A DNA stretch of 64,000 bases from positions 37,661-101,660 of the forward strand of contig JALNJZ010000006.1 in assembly GCA_023261845.1 (NCBI GenBank), given 5' to 3'. Positions within the stretch are counted from its first letter, which is position 1. The number at the start of each line of letters is the position of its first letter. The notes under the pieces are model-generated. The model made no database searches, was not told the DNA's origin, and saw nothing but the letters and a program-made list of their open reading frames with translations. Source of the DNA: Candidatus Terraquivivens tengchongensis (GTDB lineage Archaea > Thermoproteota > Nitrososphaeria_A > Caldarchaeales > Wolframiiraptoraceae). Shown here in pieces: positions 1 to 9,221 of the stretch. Position numbers and translations under genes: made by a program.

Positions 1-756
1 ATTGAAACCGGAGGCTTTAACTCAATAACTCCGCTCCATGCTGCTGCGGCAAGCGGTGTTCCGGCAATCGACGGAGATGGGGTAGGAAGGGCCATACCAC
101 AGCTGGAGATGACGATGTTCTACGTGCAAAACGTGCCTTTAGCCCCAGTTACGCTGGCAGATGCTCACGGGAATTCGGCTATCCTTTACCCCGTAGACGC
201 TCCGATGGCCGAAAAGATGGCTAGGGGCATAACCGTGGCTTTTGGCATGCAAGCCGGCATTGCATGTCACCCCATGGCAGGCTGGCAGATGAAGAAGGCA
301 GTAATAAGCGGAACCTACACGATGGCCGAAAAGGTGGGCAGGGCCATTAGGGAGGCGAGGGATAAGGGTAAAGACCCCGTCAAGGCTGTAGTGGAAGTCA
401 CGAACGGTTTTGAGATCGCCAGGGGGAAGGTTACTAAGAAGGAAGTCGAAACCAAGGGAGGCTTTGACTATGGAAGGGTCTACGTCGCAGACATACGTGT
501 AGACTATAAGAACGAGAACATGATAGCCTGGAGGGCAGGAAAACCCATAGCAATATCGCCCGACTTAATATGCTGGATGACGACGGACGGACGGCCCTTA
601 ACCAACGCTGATATAAAAGAAGGTTTAGAGGTTGCCGTGATAGGAATAAAGGCTTACGAAAAGTGGAGGACGCCCGAGGGGCTTGCCGTGTTCCGTCCAG
701 TCCTCGCCGAGCTGGGCTATACTGGCGAATACATACCCATAGAAAAGCTCCTCTAA
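1..756 (+). CDS. DUF917 family protein, 5'-truncated by the window edge
   Basis: The frame is open from base 1 (IETGGFNSITPL...DGDGVGRAIPQLEM). It has the xGxN, DGDxxGRAxP, NEN and PDLI motifs typical of DUF917 and lies next to a hydantoin racemase. Confidence 0.75.
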   Translation: METGGFNSITPLHAAAASGVPAIDGDGVGRAIPQLEMTMFYVQNVPLAPVTLADAHGNSAILYPVDAPMAEKMARGITVAFGMQAGIACHPMAGWQMKKAVISGTYTMAEKVGRAIREARDKGKDPVKAVVEVTNGFEIARGKVTKKEVETKGGFDYGRVYVADIRVDYKNENMIAWRAGKPIAISPDLICWMTTDGRPLTNADIKEGLEVAVIGIKAYEKWRTPEGLAVFRPVLAELGYTGEYIPIEKLL

Positions 757-821
757 AATCGGAACCACAATACTGTAAAGACCCAAAACACCTTTTATCC
801 TACTTTTTTGTTTACAAGTAT

Positions 822-1574
822 ATGCGAAAAGTAAGGGTCCTAGTAGTTCTTCCCATATTGAAGAATCCTGCTTTGGAGGAAGTTACGCGAAGAGAAATCG
901 AGCAAATCCGAGATGAAAACCTTGAGGTGAGCTTGGTCAGCTTAGAACAAGGGCCGGCCTCTATTGAGTCAGAATTTGATGACAGGATAGCATCGCCTTG
1001 GGTTCTGGAGAAGGTTAAGGAAGCTGAGGTTAATGGTTTTGATGCCGTGTTCCTGGATTGTATGGGAGATATAGCCCTGAATGCTGCAAAGGAAATCGTG
1101 AGAATACCCGTGATCGGTCCGTGTCAAGCTACGATGGCGATGGCGTCGATGCTCGGTGATAGGTTCTCGGTGATCACTATCTTAGAGAACGTAGTCCCAC
1201 TTTTTTGGAGAAAGGCCAGAGAATATGGTTTCATACAAAACCTTGCATCGGTAAGGTCCGTGGAGGTGCCTGTGCTCGAGTTGGATACGAAGAGAGAGTT
1301 AGTTAAGGAGAAGTTGGTCGAGGAATCAAAGATTGCGATAAAGGAAGATGGTGCTGATGTGATAATCTTAGGATGTACAGGGATGGTAGGTATGGCAAAA
1401 GACGTTCAGGAAGTTGTAGGCGTACCGGTCATAGACCCGGTACCGGTATCGATAAAGCTCGCCAAACTCATGGCGGAACTTAGGCTCATCCATAGTCGCA
1501 AAGCCTATCCAAAACCACCATCTAAGCTGAGAAAGTTCCCGGGGATGTCGGAGCTGCTACTCGAGAAAATTTAA
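822..1574 (+). CDS. Asp/Glu/hydantoin racemase family protein
   Basis: GPASIE, DCMGD and ILGCTGM (two catalytic Cys) and VPVIDP motifs. Start ATG 822 chosen over the longer ORF that overlaps DUF917. Confidence 0.85.
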   Translation: MRKVRVLVVLPILKNPALEEVTRREIEQIRDENLEVSLVSLEQGPASIESEFDDRIASPWVLEKVKEAEVNGFDAVFLDCMGDIALNAAKEIVRIPVIGPCQATMAMASMLGDRFSVITILENVVPLFWRKAREYGFIQNLASVRSVEVPVLELDTKRELVKEKLVEESKIAIKEDGADVIILGCTGMVGMAKDVQEVVGVPVIDPVPVSIKLAKLMAELRLIHSRKAYPKPPSKLRKFPGMSELLLEKI

Positions 1575-1597
1575 CACCAATCCAATTTTTTGAGGCA

Positions 1598-3232
1598 TTA
1601 CTTTGATGCTTTGCTGAGCTCCTCTTCCCTCAAAAGCCTTCTATGAACCTTACCCGCAGACGTCAGAGGCAGCTCCTTTCTGAACTCCACCTCCCTCACA
1701 AGCTTGTACGGCTCCAGTCTTTCCTTCAGGAAGTTGATCAGCTCGTCCGCCGTCAGCTGGGCTCCGTCCTTCAACACAACAAATGCTTTTGGCACCTCAC
1801 CCGCAACCGGGTCGGGCTTGCCAACGACCGCGCAAAGCTTCACGGCTGGATGTTCGTATATGACATCTTCGACCTCCCTCGGGTATACTGAATAGCCTTT
1901 ATGTTTGATGAGGTCCTTCTTCCTGTCGACGATGTAGAAGTATCCGTCTTCGTCCATCTTTGCCACGTCGCCCGTGTATAGCCAGCCGTCCCTCAGCACC
2001 TCCCTAGTCTCTTCGGGCCTCTTCCAGTAGCCTAGCATGACCTGCGGCCCCTTTATGACAAGCTCGCCTATCTCTCCGGGAGGTAACGTCTTGCTTCCAG
2101 TCTCAAGGTCAACTATCCTTGCATCTACATCAGGCCAGGGTAAGCCGATGGAGCCTATCTTGACGGATTTCATGCTGGGGTCAACCGGGTTTGTATGCGT
2201 TCCAGGTGAGCACTCTGTTAGACCATAGCCTTCCACGAGTACGCCACCTGTAAGCTGGATGAATTTTCTCTGAACTTCCGGTGGGAGTGGAGAGCCGCCA
2301 GATATACAACATCTTATTGACCTGAGGTTATAAGATTGCACCTCAGGTGATGCAACTATAAGCGCATACATCGTCGGCACGCCACAAAAAACTGTTACAC
2401 CATAACTCTGAATTGTCTCCAAAACTTTCTTTACGTCAAACTTTTGAAGTAGAACGATCGTTCCGACAGTATAGATTGGCGCATTCATCGATGTCGTCAT
2501 CCCGAATATATGGGAGAGTGGTAGCACCGTTAGAAAGACTTCTTTTGCAGGTCTACATCTTGTCCAGACCGAGAACGCTATAGCATTCGATACCATGTTG
2601 AAGTGCGTTAGCATTGCCCCTTTGGGTGTACCCGTCGTTCCTCCAGTATACTGGAGACAGGCAAGATCCCTCTTCGGATTTATCTCGACTTTTGGTGGTT
2701 CCGGAGAGTATTTCGATAACACCACGTCAAACCAATGGTAATTTCCTTCTGGGAGCTGGGGCGGTTTGTTTGTGTCACCACCTGTTACGAATATTCTCTT
2801 AACTTTGGTTGAAGATGCAACCTTAAGAAATGTAGGAAGTAAAGGCTCGTAAACGACCAAGCTCTCAGCCTCAGAGTCGTTAAGCTGGAAGAGCAACGTG
2901 TTCTCACGTGCCAGCGGGCTTATGGTTGTCACCACACAACCAGCCTTAAGCGCACCATAGTATGCTATCAAGAACTGCGGCATGTTAGGTAAGAAAAGCG
3001 CAACCCTATCACCCCTGGCCGCATCCATGCTGATCAGCACATTTGCGAAGCGGGATGCTAATTCGTTCAGCTCACGATACGTCAACCTATACCCATTCTC
3101 GCCAGAAACGACCGCGATCTTTTCCGGATAGGCCGAGGCGGAGCGCTCCAACAGACCATGAAGCGGCATCTCTGGATAATCTATAGACCTAGGTACGCCT
3201 TCGGGGTAGAACCTGTACCAGGGCCGATCCAT
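1598..3232 (-). CDS. Long-chain fatty acid--CoA ligase (ANL/AMP-binding)
   Basis: YTGGTTGTPKG, EGYGLTE, GWLYTGD and DRKKDLI motifs. Confidence 0.9.
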   Translation of the reverse strand: MDRPWYRFYPEGVPRSIDYPEMPLHGLLERSASAYPEKIAVVSGENGYRLTYRELNELASRFANVLISMDAARGDRVALFLPNMPQFLIAYYGALKAGCVVTTISPLARENTLLFQLNDSEAESLVVYEPLLPTFLKVASSTKVKRIFVTGGDTNKPPQLPEGNYHWFDVVLSKYSPEPPKVEINPKRDLACLQYTGGTTGTPKGAMLTHFNMVSNAIAFSVWTRCRPAKEVFLTVLPLSHIFGMTTSMNAPIYTVGTIVLLQKFDVKKVLETIQSYGVTVFCGVPTMYALIVASPEVQSYNLRSIRCCISGGSPLPPEVQRKFIQLTGGVLVEGYGLTECSPGTHTNPVDPSMKSVKIGSIGLPWPDVDARIVDLETGSKTLPPGEIGELVIKGPQVMLGYWKRPEETREVLRDGWLYTGDVAKMDEDGYFYIVDRKKDLIKHKGYSVYPREVEDVIYEHPAVKLCAVVGKPDPVAGEVPKAFVVLKDGAQLTADELINFLKERLEPYKLVREVEFRKELPLTSAGKVHRRLLREEELSKASK

Positions 3233-3296
3233 TTTATTCTAAAAGAAAGAATTAGCGCACTATATAAGCTTAAGACGGGGTCGCTTTTTTATCCCG

Positions 3297-3344
3297 AATT
3301 AGTTCAGCACCGCAGAAATTTTTTTCCAGCATGCTGAACTAATT
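3297..3344. repeat. Perfect 13-bp inverted repeat (AATTAGTTCAGCA-N22-TGCTGAACTAATT)
   Basis: Read directly: arms at 3297-3309 and 3332-3344, intergenic upstream of the acyl-CoA ligase. Confidence 0.85.
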
Positions 3345-3459
3345 ACTCTATATACTCTAAGAACGAGTACCAATCAATACTTAATTATCAATTAGGGCGA
3401 GCATGGGTATAATGCAAATGCTTGGTTTAACTAAATCATAATCCTAAATGGGCATTTTG

Positions 3460-3942
3460 TTAATATTTGATGCTGATGTACAAAAGAACGACGAGTGCCG
3501 CAAATGTGAATAGGTCGGGCAATAATGCAAACGGTCCCAGACCGAACGGCCTAAACCCGCAAGCCCACATTATCAAAGGGTTAGAGGTAAGGGCGTATAG
3601 GAACAAGATTACCGAAAATATTATCAGCCCGACAGTAAACTCAGACCTAGTTTTTCTGTATATGTCAACGTACACTATCAGCAAGAAGATTAAAAGAGCT
3701 ATGTTGACAGTTGAGACAACAGTCTTCGCTATGTAGAAAAACTCTATGTCTCCTGGGATGACGTACAGATGAAATCTAGGACGCCATGCAAGCTGGAAAT
3801 ACCAAAGCGTAGATGCCATCCACATAATAATCAACATTACAGCTATCACAAGAATTGGCAGAAGTATGAATAATAACCAAGCCGTAGATCTTTGGCTCAT
3901 TTTATCATTCATTTGCATCACCCCCTTTTCTACTTTTTCCAA
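3460..3942 (-). CDS. Small multi-pass membrane protein coupled to an ArsR regulator
   Basis: About four hydrophobic segments and a YRKTRSEFT.GL motif. Overlaps or adjoins the upstream HTH gene; the true start may be 3915 or 3912. Confidence 0.7.
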   Translation of the reverse strand: MEKVEKGVMQMNDKMSQRSTAWLLFILLPILVIAVMLIIMWMASTLWYFQLAWRPRFHLYVIPGDIEFFYIAKTVVSTVNIALLIFLLIVYVDIYRKTRSEFTVGLIIFSVILFLYALTSNPLIMWACGFRPFGLGPFALLPDLFTFAALVVLLYISIKY

Positions 3943-4232
3943 ATTTTCCTCACAATCTCTTCAAACAAGGCATAATTCTCCTCCATAATAGGGGATAAAA
4001 AATACGTAGTACCATAACCTTCTCCCGTAGACACTACCAAGTTGTTCCTTTCGAGGACCTCAAGGTGGTGCCTTATCGTTCTGTAGTCCATTTTGAGCCT
4101 ATTCGCCAGCTGGTTCGCATTCTGCGGAGCTTCTTTTAATGTCATGAGTATCTTCGCTCTCGTCAATCCGCCTCTCGTGCCTGCAATCAACCAGCCGAGC
4201 AAATACTTCAGAGGGTGTGCTTCACCTGACAT
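3930..4232 (-). CDS. ArsR-type winged-HTH transcriptional regulator
   Basis: GTRGGxTR...PQNANQLA...YRTIRHHL..L...YGxxYF pattern of the archaeal ArsR/HTH_20 subfamily. Confidence 0.85.
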   Translation of the reverse strand: MSGEAHPLKYLLGWLIAGTRGGLTRAKILMTLKEAPQNANQLANRLKMDYRTIRHHLEVLERNNLVVSTGEGYGTTYFLSPIMEENYALFEEIVRKIWKK

Positions 4233-4294
4233 TTATGCAATCCAGCTTTGGTTGAAGCTTACATCATCCTGATTATAAACATGCTCCCCATTTC

Positions 4295-4327
4295 TGAATT
4301 TGGAAATGAATTGGAGTTAATTTTGGA
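4295..4327. promoter_or_regulatory. Three degenerate direct repeats (AATT(T)TGGA-like) between divergent genes, probable operator
   Basis: TGAATTTGGA 4295-4304, TGAATTGGA 4307-4315 and TAATTTTGGA 4318-4327, spaced 11-12 bp apart. Confidence 0.45.
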
Positions 4328-4356
4328 AAACGCTTTAATTCGAACGGGCCGTTAGC

Positions 4357-4863
4357 TTGGCGAAAGTGGAGGTGAAAAGTGTGGATAGGAAGAAGATGCT
4401 GATCGCCTCGCTGAGTATAGCTACCATAGCCGTAGCGGTTGCGATAATAGTGACATACCCAACCGTCAGCGCCGCATCTCTTTTCATCGAACAGAACAAT
4501 CCTCCAGCATGGAACAACGGAAACCTAGGAATTGTACCGAACGGATGGCCGCATAAGATGATGCGCGGACAAGGATGCTTTGGATTCTTCGAGGTTAGCG
4601 AGGGGTTTAAAGACAAAGTACTCAGCATAGCCAAAAGCGACAAGGATGTGCAAAACCTGCTAAACGATGGGTACAGCGTTATTGGTGTAAGACCCATAGT
4701 GAAAGCCATAGTCGGGGATGATGGCAGTGTCACGATGAAGGCAACCGGAGCTATCGTAGTGTTAAGCAAAGATTCAGCGAGAACGTTTGTGAAGGTTGAT
4801 GTGGAAAATTCTAAAGTAACGGAGATTATAACCTTGACAAAGACGGTGATAACGAAGCCTTAG
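4357..4863 (+). CDS. Secreted or membrane-anchored hypothetical protein
   Basis: Basic N-terminus plus hydrophobic helix. Divergent from the ArsR gene and followed by a T-rich terminator-like tract. Confidence 0.7.
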   Translation: MAKVEVKSVDRKKMLIASLSIATIAVAVAIIVTYPTVSAASLFIEQNNPPAWNNGNLGIVPNGWPHKMMRGQGCFGFFEVSEGFKDKVLSIAKSDKDVQNLLNDGYSVIGVRPIVKAIVGDDGSVTMKATGAIVVLSKDSARTFVKVDVENSKVTEIITLTKTVITKP

Positions 4864-4930
4864 AGATGCGTTTTTAACAAGTTCCTAAATTTTTTATGCT
4901 TATATAAACCTGGCCCTCAATAATGATGTG

Positions 4931-4983
4931 GGATGATGAGCAACGTCCGAGTTGATTTATGATACTCGACGGGCAGACTGACC
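4931..4983 (+). ncRNA. C/D box guide sRNA
   Basis: C box ATGATGA 4933-4939, ~12-nt guide, D' TTGA 4952-4955, C' ATGATA 4959-4964, ~13-nt guide, D box CTGA 4978-4981. GG/CC ends. TATA-like TTATATAA at 4900-4907. Confidence 0.7.
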
Positions 4984-5106
4984 TTATGTAATGAGTGACT
5001 TGTGCAGAATAATCGGTCTCAGAGCAAAAATCGCGGCATAGTTTATGTCAAAACTTAAAAAATATTGGTGAATTTTACTTGACTCTGTATAAACTCATCT
5101 CAGGGT

Positions 5107-6720
5107 TCAATCATCTAGCAGTATTGCCTCAATCTCATCTACTCCGGATTCTTCTGCAAGCGGCATCCCAGTAGCTTTTGCCGCCCTCTCGCTCAACGCA
5201 AAGATATCATTTCTTGATATCAGGTATAGCTTGAATTTTCTCAAACCAGCGAGAAGTTGCTGCATCCCGATCTTAATCCTCTCCAAATAACTATAGACAC
5301 CTAAGGCTCCACATGGAATCTTAGATACGTCTTGGACAACATTTTTCAATTCTGGTAATGCTGCGAAGAATTTTTCAGGAGTTTTGCCATAGTATTTCGT
5401 GAAGCTTTCTGGGATTTTCTCCTCCTTAGCTAATCTTGCAAAGTATTCTGCCTTCATCGCAGCGGTTAGCATTGCTCTACCTATTACCACGGCCTTAACG
5501 TATGGTTGGTCACCGAAGTTGCTCAAGGCTATTGCCTTCAATATCTGCGTTTCATTGATGAAACCTCCGGCCATAACTATGTCTGGGACGTACCTACCCT
5601 TCTTGCTCAAGATTTGTGCGCATTTTAGGACCAACGCTTCCAAGTAGACAGTTGGGATTCCCATCTCATCCATCATTGGGACTGGGCTCATCCCGGTTCC
5701 GCCCTCGCATCCGTCGAAGGTTATATAATCTATTTTTGCCTCAGATGCAAGCTTAAGTGTGTAAGCTGTCGCCGCAGGCCTATAGGCTCCGGTCTTCAGG
5801 CTTATGTACTTCGCTCCGGCTTCTCTTAGTTTATCTATGCCTTCTAAGAACTCTTCTTTTGTTGCCATCCCAACCCTACTGTGCCTCTCAAAACCGTGTA
5901 TTTGGCCGTTCTTGAATGCCTCTTGGACTGCTGGATCCTCCGGATCCGGTATGACAAGGTAGCCTCTTTTCTTCAACATTAAGGCCTTTTCCAGGTTGAA
6001 GACTCTGACCTCTCCGCCGATTGCCTTGGCTCCTTGTCCCCACTTTCTCTCGATTATGTTAACCTCGAGTTTGCTTATACCATAAATGTCCACTCCGAGT
6101 CTCTCATCCTCGACATTTGTTTGGAGAGCTATGCCGCCGTACTTCCCATCCCAGAACTCCCTATATGCCTTAACTCTCTCTTCGAGAGCTGGTGATTTTG
6201 TAATCTTCCCACCGCTAATCACGGCATTTGGATCCATGCCTCCAACGTTCTCACCTATTGTAACAACTATGCCGGACAAGGCAGCACCGGCTGCAATGCT
6301 CCTCCAATATGTAGCGGCAACATCTGTCGAGCCTAAGGCTCCGGTGATTACTGGCATCTTTAGCTTTATTCCGCCGACCTTCGCCTCCACGTCAACGTTT
6401 GGGAATAACGCACTATCAGGGTCGGGCACAATCCCTTCAGCTCCTCGAACTTCGCAGTGGAAGTTAAAGTGACTCCAATCAAGGCCGTAATCCTTGACTG
6501 CACCGGCCGTAGCATGTCCGAAGAGGAAAGGAGCCGGATATAGCGCTTCTCTTCCCCTAAAAGCCGAGAGGGATATTTCGCAGATAACCGGGCATTCATC
6601 GATGCAGAGAGGACACATTCCGGAAGTGGCTGCTGGATCTCTAACTCGAAGGGACGTCCAAGTCGTGGACTTTGAATTCAGATACCTTGAATCCATCATC
6701 TCGCCTCCAATTTTTTCCAA
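5107..6720 (-). CDS. FMN-binding glutamate synthase family protein (stand-alone archaeal type)
   Basis: CxxCxxxCxxxC N-terminus, KWGQGAKAIGGE, LKTGAYRP and DGxEGGTGMSP motifs. Confidence 0.85.
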   Translation of the reverse strand: MEKIGGEMMDSRYLNSKSTTWTSLRVRDPAATSGMCPLCIDECPVICEISLSAFRGREALYPAPFLFGHATAGAVKDYGLDWSHFNFHCEVRGAEGIVPDPDSALFPNVDVEAKVGGIKLKMPVITGALGSTDVAATYWRSIAAGAALSGIVVTIGENVGGMDPNAVISGGKITKSPALEERVKAYREFWDGKYGGIALQTNVEDERLGVDIYGISKLEVNIIERKWGQGAKAIGGEVRVFNLEKALMLKKRGYLVIPDPEDPAVQEAFKNGQIHGFERHSRVGMATKEEFLEGIDKLREAGAKYISLKTGAYRPAATAYTLKLASEAKIDYITFDGCEGGTGMSPVPMMDEMGIPTVYLEALVLKCAQILSKKGRYVPDIVMAGGFINETQILKAIALSNFGDQPYVKAVVIGRAMLTAAMKAEYFARLAKEEKIPESFTKYYGKTPEKFFAALPELKNVVQDVSKIPCGALGVYSYLERIKIGMQQLLAGLRKFKLYLISRNDIFALSERAAKATGMPLAEESGVDEIEAILLDD

Positions 6721-6753
6721 AAACTTAAAAGCACTGTGTTATAAACTTCATTA

Positions 6754-7251
6754 TTAAGGCAATATCGTACGATTTTCGTAATTGCTGGCATTATTCTGAT
6801 CCGTTATAGAGAATTTTTTAGTTCTTTCCCATGGTTCAATTCCACCGTCTACCACTCTAAATACAGGATTAGCCTCCAATTCGTCGGTCGATAAATTTTT
6901 CAACTCACCAAATTTTTTCCTATCTCTCTTCTTAAGCTTAATCAGCAAGTGCATAAACTCGAACTCAAGTTGCCCTCTAGTGACAGTTATCTCTCCTAAC
7001 AAGATTATGGGCCTTATCTTTGACAGGTCGAACTTGTAGTTTCTGCGACTTGCTTCAAGATAAACCTGATATAGATATGCGTTTATTAGCTCCACCGGGT
7101 TCTTATACATCTTAAATCTCTCAAGCTGAGGGTGATTTGCATAACCCCGAGTGCACCCCTCTAAAACCTTCTTCGCTAAGAGCCCCTCCCTCCAAAGTGC
7201 GACCAAACCTTTCACGTCCAAGTATTTTGGATGAATGGACCACAACCTCAT
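6754..7251 (-). CDS. Pyrimidine-dimer DNA glycosylase / T4 endonuclease V-like protein
   Basis: MRLWSIHPKYLD.KGLVALWRE.LLA...GY.NHPQL signature. Confidence 0.85.
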   Translation of the reverse strand: MRLWSIHPKYLDVKGLVALWREGLLAKKVLEGCTRGYANHPQLERFKMYKNPVELINAYLYQVYLEASRRNYKFDLSKIRPIILLGEITVTRGQLEFEFMHLLIKLKKRDRKKFGELKNLSTDELEANPVFRVVDGGIEPWERTKKFSITDQNNASNYENRTILP

Positions 7252-7337
7252 TCAAATCCACCGGCACAATCGCCCATGTTGACCTCCTTGATTCTGGTGC
7301 AACATAGCTCGCAAACGTTTTGCTTAGCCGTAATTTT

Positions 7338-8009
7338 CTATATAATTTTCATAGGACCTGTGAGGAGTAGCAAGGATACGAAACCGACAAGCGGGACCGT
7401 TATGTTGTCATCTATTAAACCAAACTCAAACCTCTCTACGATGCTTGCGAGGGTTGCAGATATGAGGCCTGCGAAGTTAAAAATAGCAAATGCCATTGGC
7501 GCACATACTGCGAACATAGCTAAATTTCCCCACCATGACTTGGTCCTCTTTCGGTAGAGCAAATTCCTTACGATTCCTGTCACACCATCTCCAAAACTCA
7601 TGAAGAGTATTGGGACTATGGCAATCCATATGTTATTGATTAAGAACCCGATCATAATTACTAACCCCCACATCAATATGAAGTGAACCTCGTACATATT
7701 CTCTTTAACTTGGTACCAGTAAAACAACCTATTTTGCTTATGTGGTAAATAGTTGCCGATTGCTAGAAAAATTACCATAACACCTATGGGTATGAAGCTT
7801 TTGTATAGAAAGGGAACGAGGATTGCAATCAGCCCGCCGGTCAACATATGTATGATCTTTCTGTTATAGTAGACGGCGACGTTATGTGTATATCCCCATG
7901 CGATGAATGCCTCGTAAGTTTTCTTGGTTAAGAAGAGGCTGACGAATAACACCCAGCCCACAAGCACAAAACTGATTGCGATCTCTTCGAGTGTTGGTAT
8001 GGGAAACAT
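7338..8009 (-). CDS. Dolichol/phytol kinase-like membrane protein
   Basis: RKIIH, GDG..G, KSWWG and DDN.TVP motifs with multiple TM segments. Confidence 0.8.
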   Translation of the reverse strand: MFPIPTLEEIAISFVLVGWVLFVSLFLTKKTYEAFIAWGYTHNVAVYYNRKIIHMLTGGLIAILVPFLYKSFIPIGVMVIFLAIGNYLPHKQNRLFYWYQVKENMYEVHFILMWGLVIMIGFLINNIWIAIVPILFMSFGDGVTGIVRNLLYRKRTKSWWGNLAMFAVCAPMAFAIFNFAGLISATLASIVERFEFGLIDDNITVPLVGFVSLLLLTGPMKII

Positions 8010-8139
8010 GAAGCTTAATGCTAATTTTAAAGATATATAATTTTCAAGGTCGCTCTAATCTATTCAGAAGCAGAATGCATCCTGAAGGAAACGCGAACTT
8101 CCGTCTAAAAGTGGGAGATTGTTAAACCTTTTTTAAGAT

Positions 8140-8445
8140 TTACCTATGTGTTGTCGCTTTTTTAATTGCCTCTATAGCCTGATCAACCGTTAACATAGGA
8201 ACTACTTCAAAGTGAGCGTAGGGCATCCACGTAAGCAAGCGGGTGAAGAGTTCCGCTTCGTTTGCTGCTTCGCTAATTGTGTATCCGAAATCTCCACCTG
8301 CAGCCATTCCCCAGTCCTTCGTTACTCCAGCGTTCAAACTTGCTTTAACCATATCAAGCATTGAAAGCCAGACTTTAGCCCTTTGTTCAGCGTCAACTGG
8401 CACCTTAGTCGGCTCCAGCCACCATTTCACATAAAATTTGGTCAC
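8140..8445 (-). CDS. DUF3303-like small protein
   Basis: KF.V.W ... DWG....G..GY.I.E ... W.PY..FEV.P pattern. GGAGGTG SD upstream. Confidence 0.6.
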   Translation of the reverse strand: MTKFYVKWWLEPTKVPVDAEQRAKVWLSMLDMVKASLNAGVTKDWGMAAGGDFGYTISEAANEAELFTRLLTWMPYAHFEVVPMLTVDQAIEAIKKATTHR

Positions 8446-8597
8446 TTTATTTCACCTCCTTTTTTGTGGACTCCACTAACGAGTAAAGAAAACTTTCTTA
8501 GCGTTCGCTTTACAAGCCAGCAGAGCTTGTTTATTTGTAGAGGGCATCTTAGATAAACCTTGCTGTTGGTCCTGAAATTCAGTAATACAGCCCAAGA

Positions 8598-8613
8598 TGC
8601 GGGGGTGGGATTT
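8598..8613 (-). repeat. Distal att site: duplicate of the tRNA-Leu 3' end
   Basis: TGCGGGGGTGGGATTT here versus TGCGGGGGGTGGGATTT at 19997-20013 (one G fewer). The match stops in the T-loop. Confidence 0.8.
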
Positions 8614-8619
8614 CAGCAT

Positions 8620-8637
8620 TAATTTACCGGTAAATTA
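8620..8637. promoter_or_regulatory. 18-bp perfect palindrome TAATTTACCGGTAAATTA just inside the att site
   Basis: Read directly. 16/18 identical to 19978-19995 at the other end of the island. Confidence 0.7.
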
Positions 8638-8810
8638 TCTCTTATCTTCTTTGTCACCGTTTTTGGCGCTATCTCGATAAAATAACTTTTTCGGTAAAAC
8701 ATGCTCATAAAAGGTTACTATCCAAACGCTGAACTTATAGTTTTATGTTAACCTTCTAGGTTTTGTCGGCTGTGGCCTGCATGCAAATTGATTATCTGGC
8801 GATCTAGATT

Positions 8811-9221
8811 TTGAAAAAATTTTTTAAAGATTTTGATGGTTTGTTTTTTAGGGTTGCTCGCAGGTATTTGGGTGGTGTTAGGGACGTGGATGTGGTTGTT
8901 ATGGTTGATGATTTGACGCTTGTTGATGGAGATTCGCCTCTAGCCTATAAAGCGCCTGAGGGTAGCGAGTGGGGTAAACAGAAATTTTCCAGTGAGGTTT
9001 TGGAGAGGGCTAGGGCTGTTAATGAGAGGTTTTTGGAGAAGAAGCTTAGGAATGGGCGGTATGGTGAGGTTTATTTGGCTATGGGGAAACAGTATGCCGC
9101 GGCCCTGCCAGACTTGGCAAAATACGGTGTGAAAGTGGTTTTTCCAACTAGCGGCGGACCCGGACCAAAAGCACAAGCACTAAAACAATGGATTTTGAGG
9201 GAAGAATCTAATGAGTTTTGA
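8811..9221 (+). CDS. DUF6884/YaaA-like small protein, first gene of the defence operon
   Basis: F.G.FFR..RRY...DV.V......LV..D..L.Y ... Y.EVYLAMGK.Y pattern recalled from DUF6884-like proteins. Overlaps the methyltransferase start by 11 nt. Confidence 0.5.
   Translation: MKKFFKDFDGLFFRVARRYLGGVRDVDVVVMVDDLTLVDGDSPLAYKAPEGSEWGKQKFSSEVLERARAVNERFLEKKLRNGRYGEVYLAMGKQYAAALPDLAKYGVKVVFPTSGGPGPKAQALKQWILREESNEF

Noticed and set aside
663-821. N-terminal extension of the racemase ORF, and similar extensions at 17664, 32888, 40750 and 47435
   Set aside because: They overlap neighbouring genes or promoters, and family motifs start at downstream ATGs.
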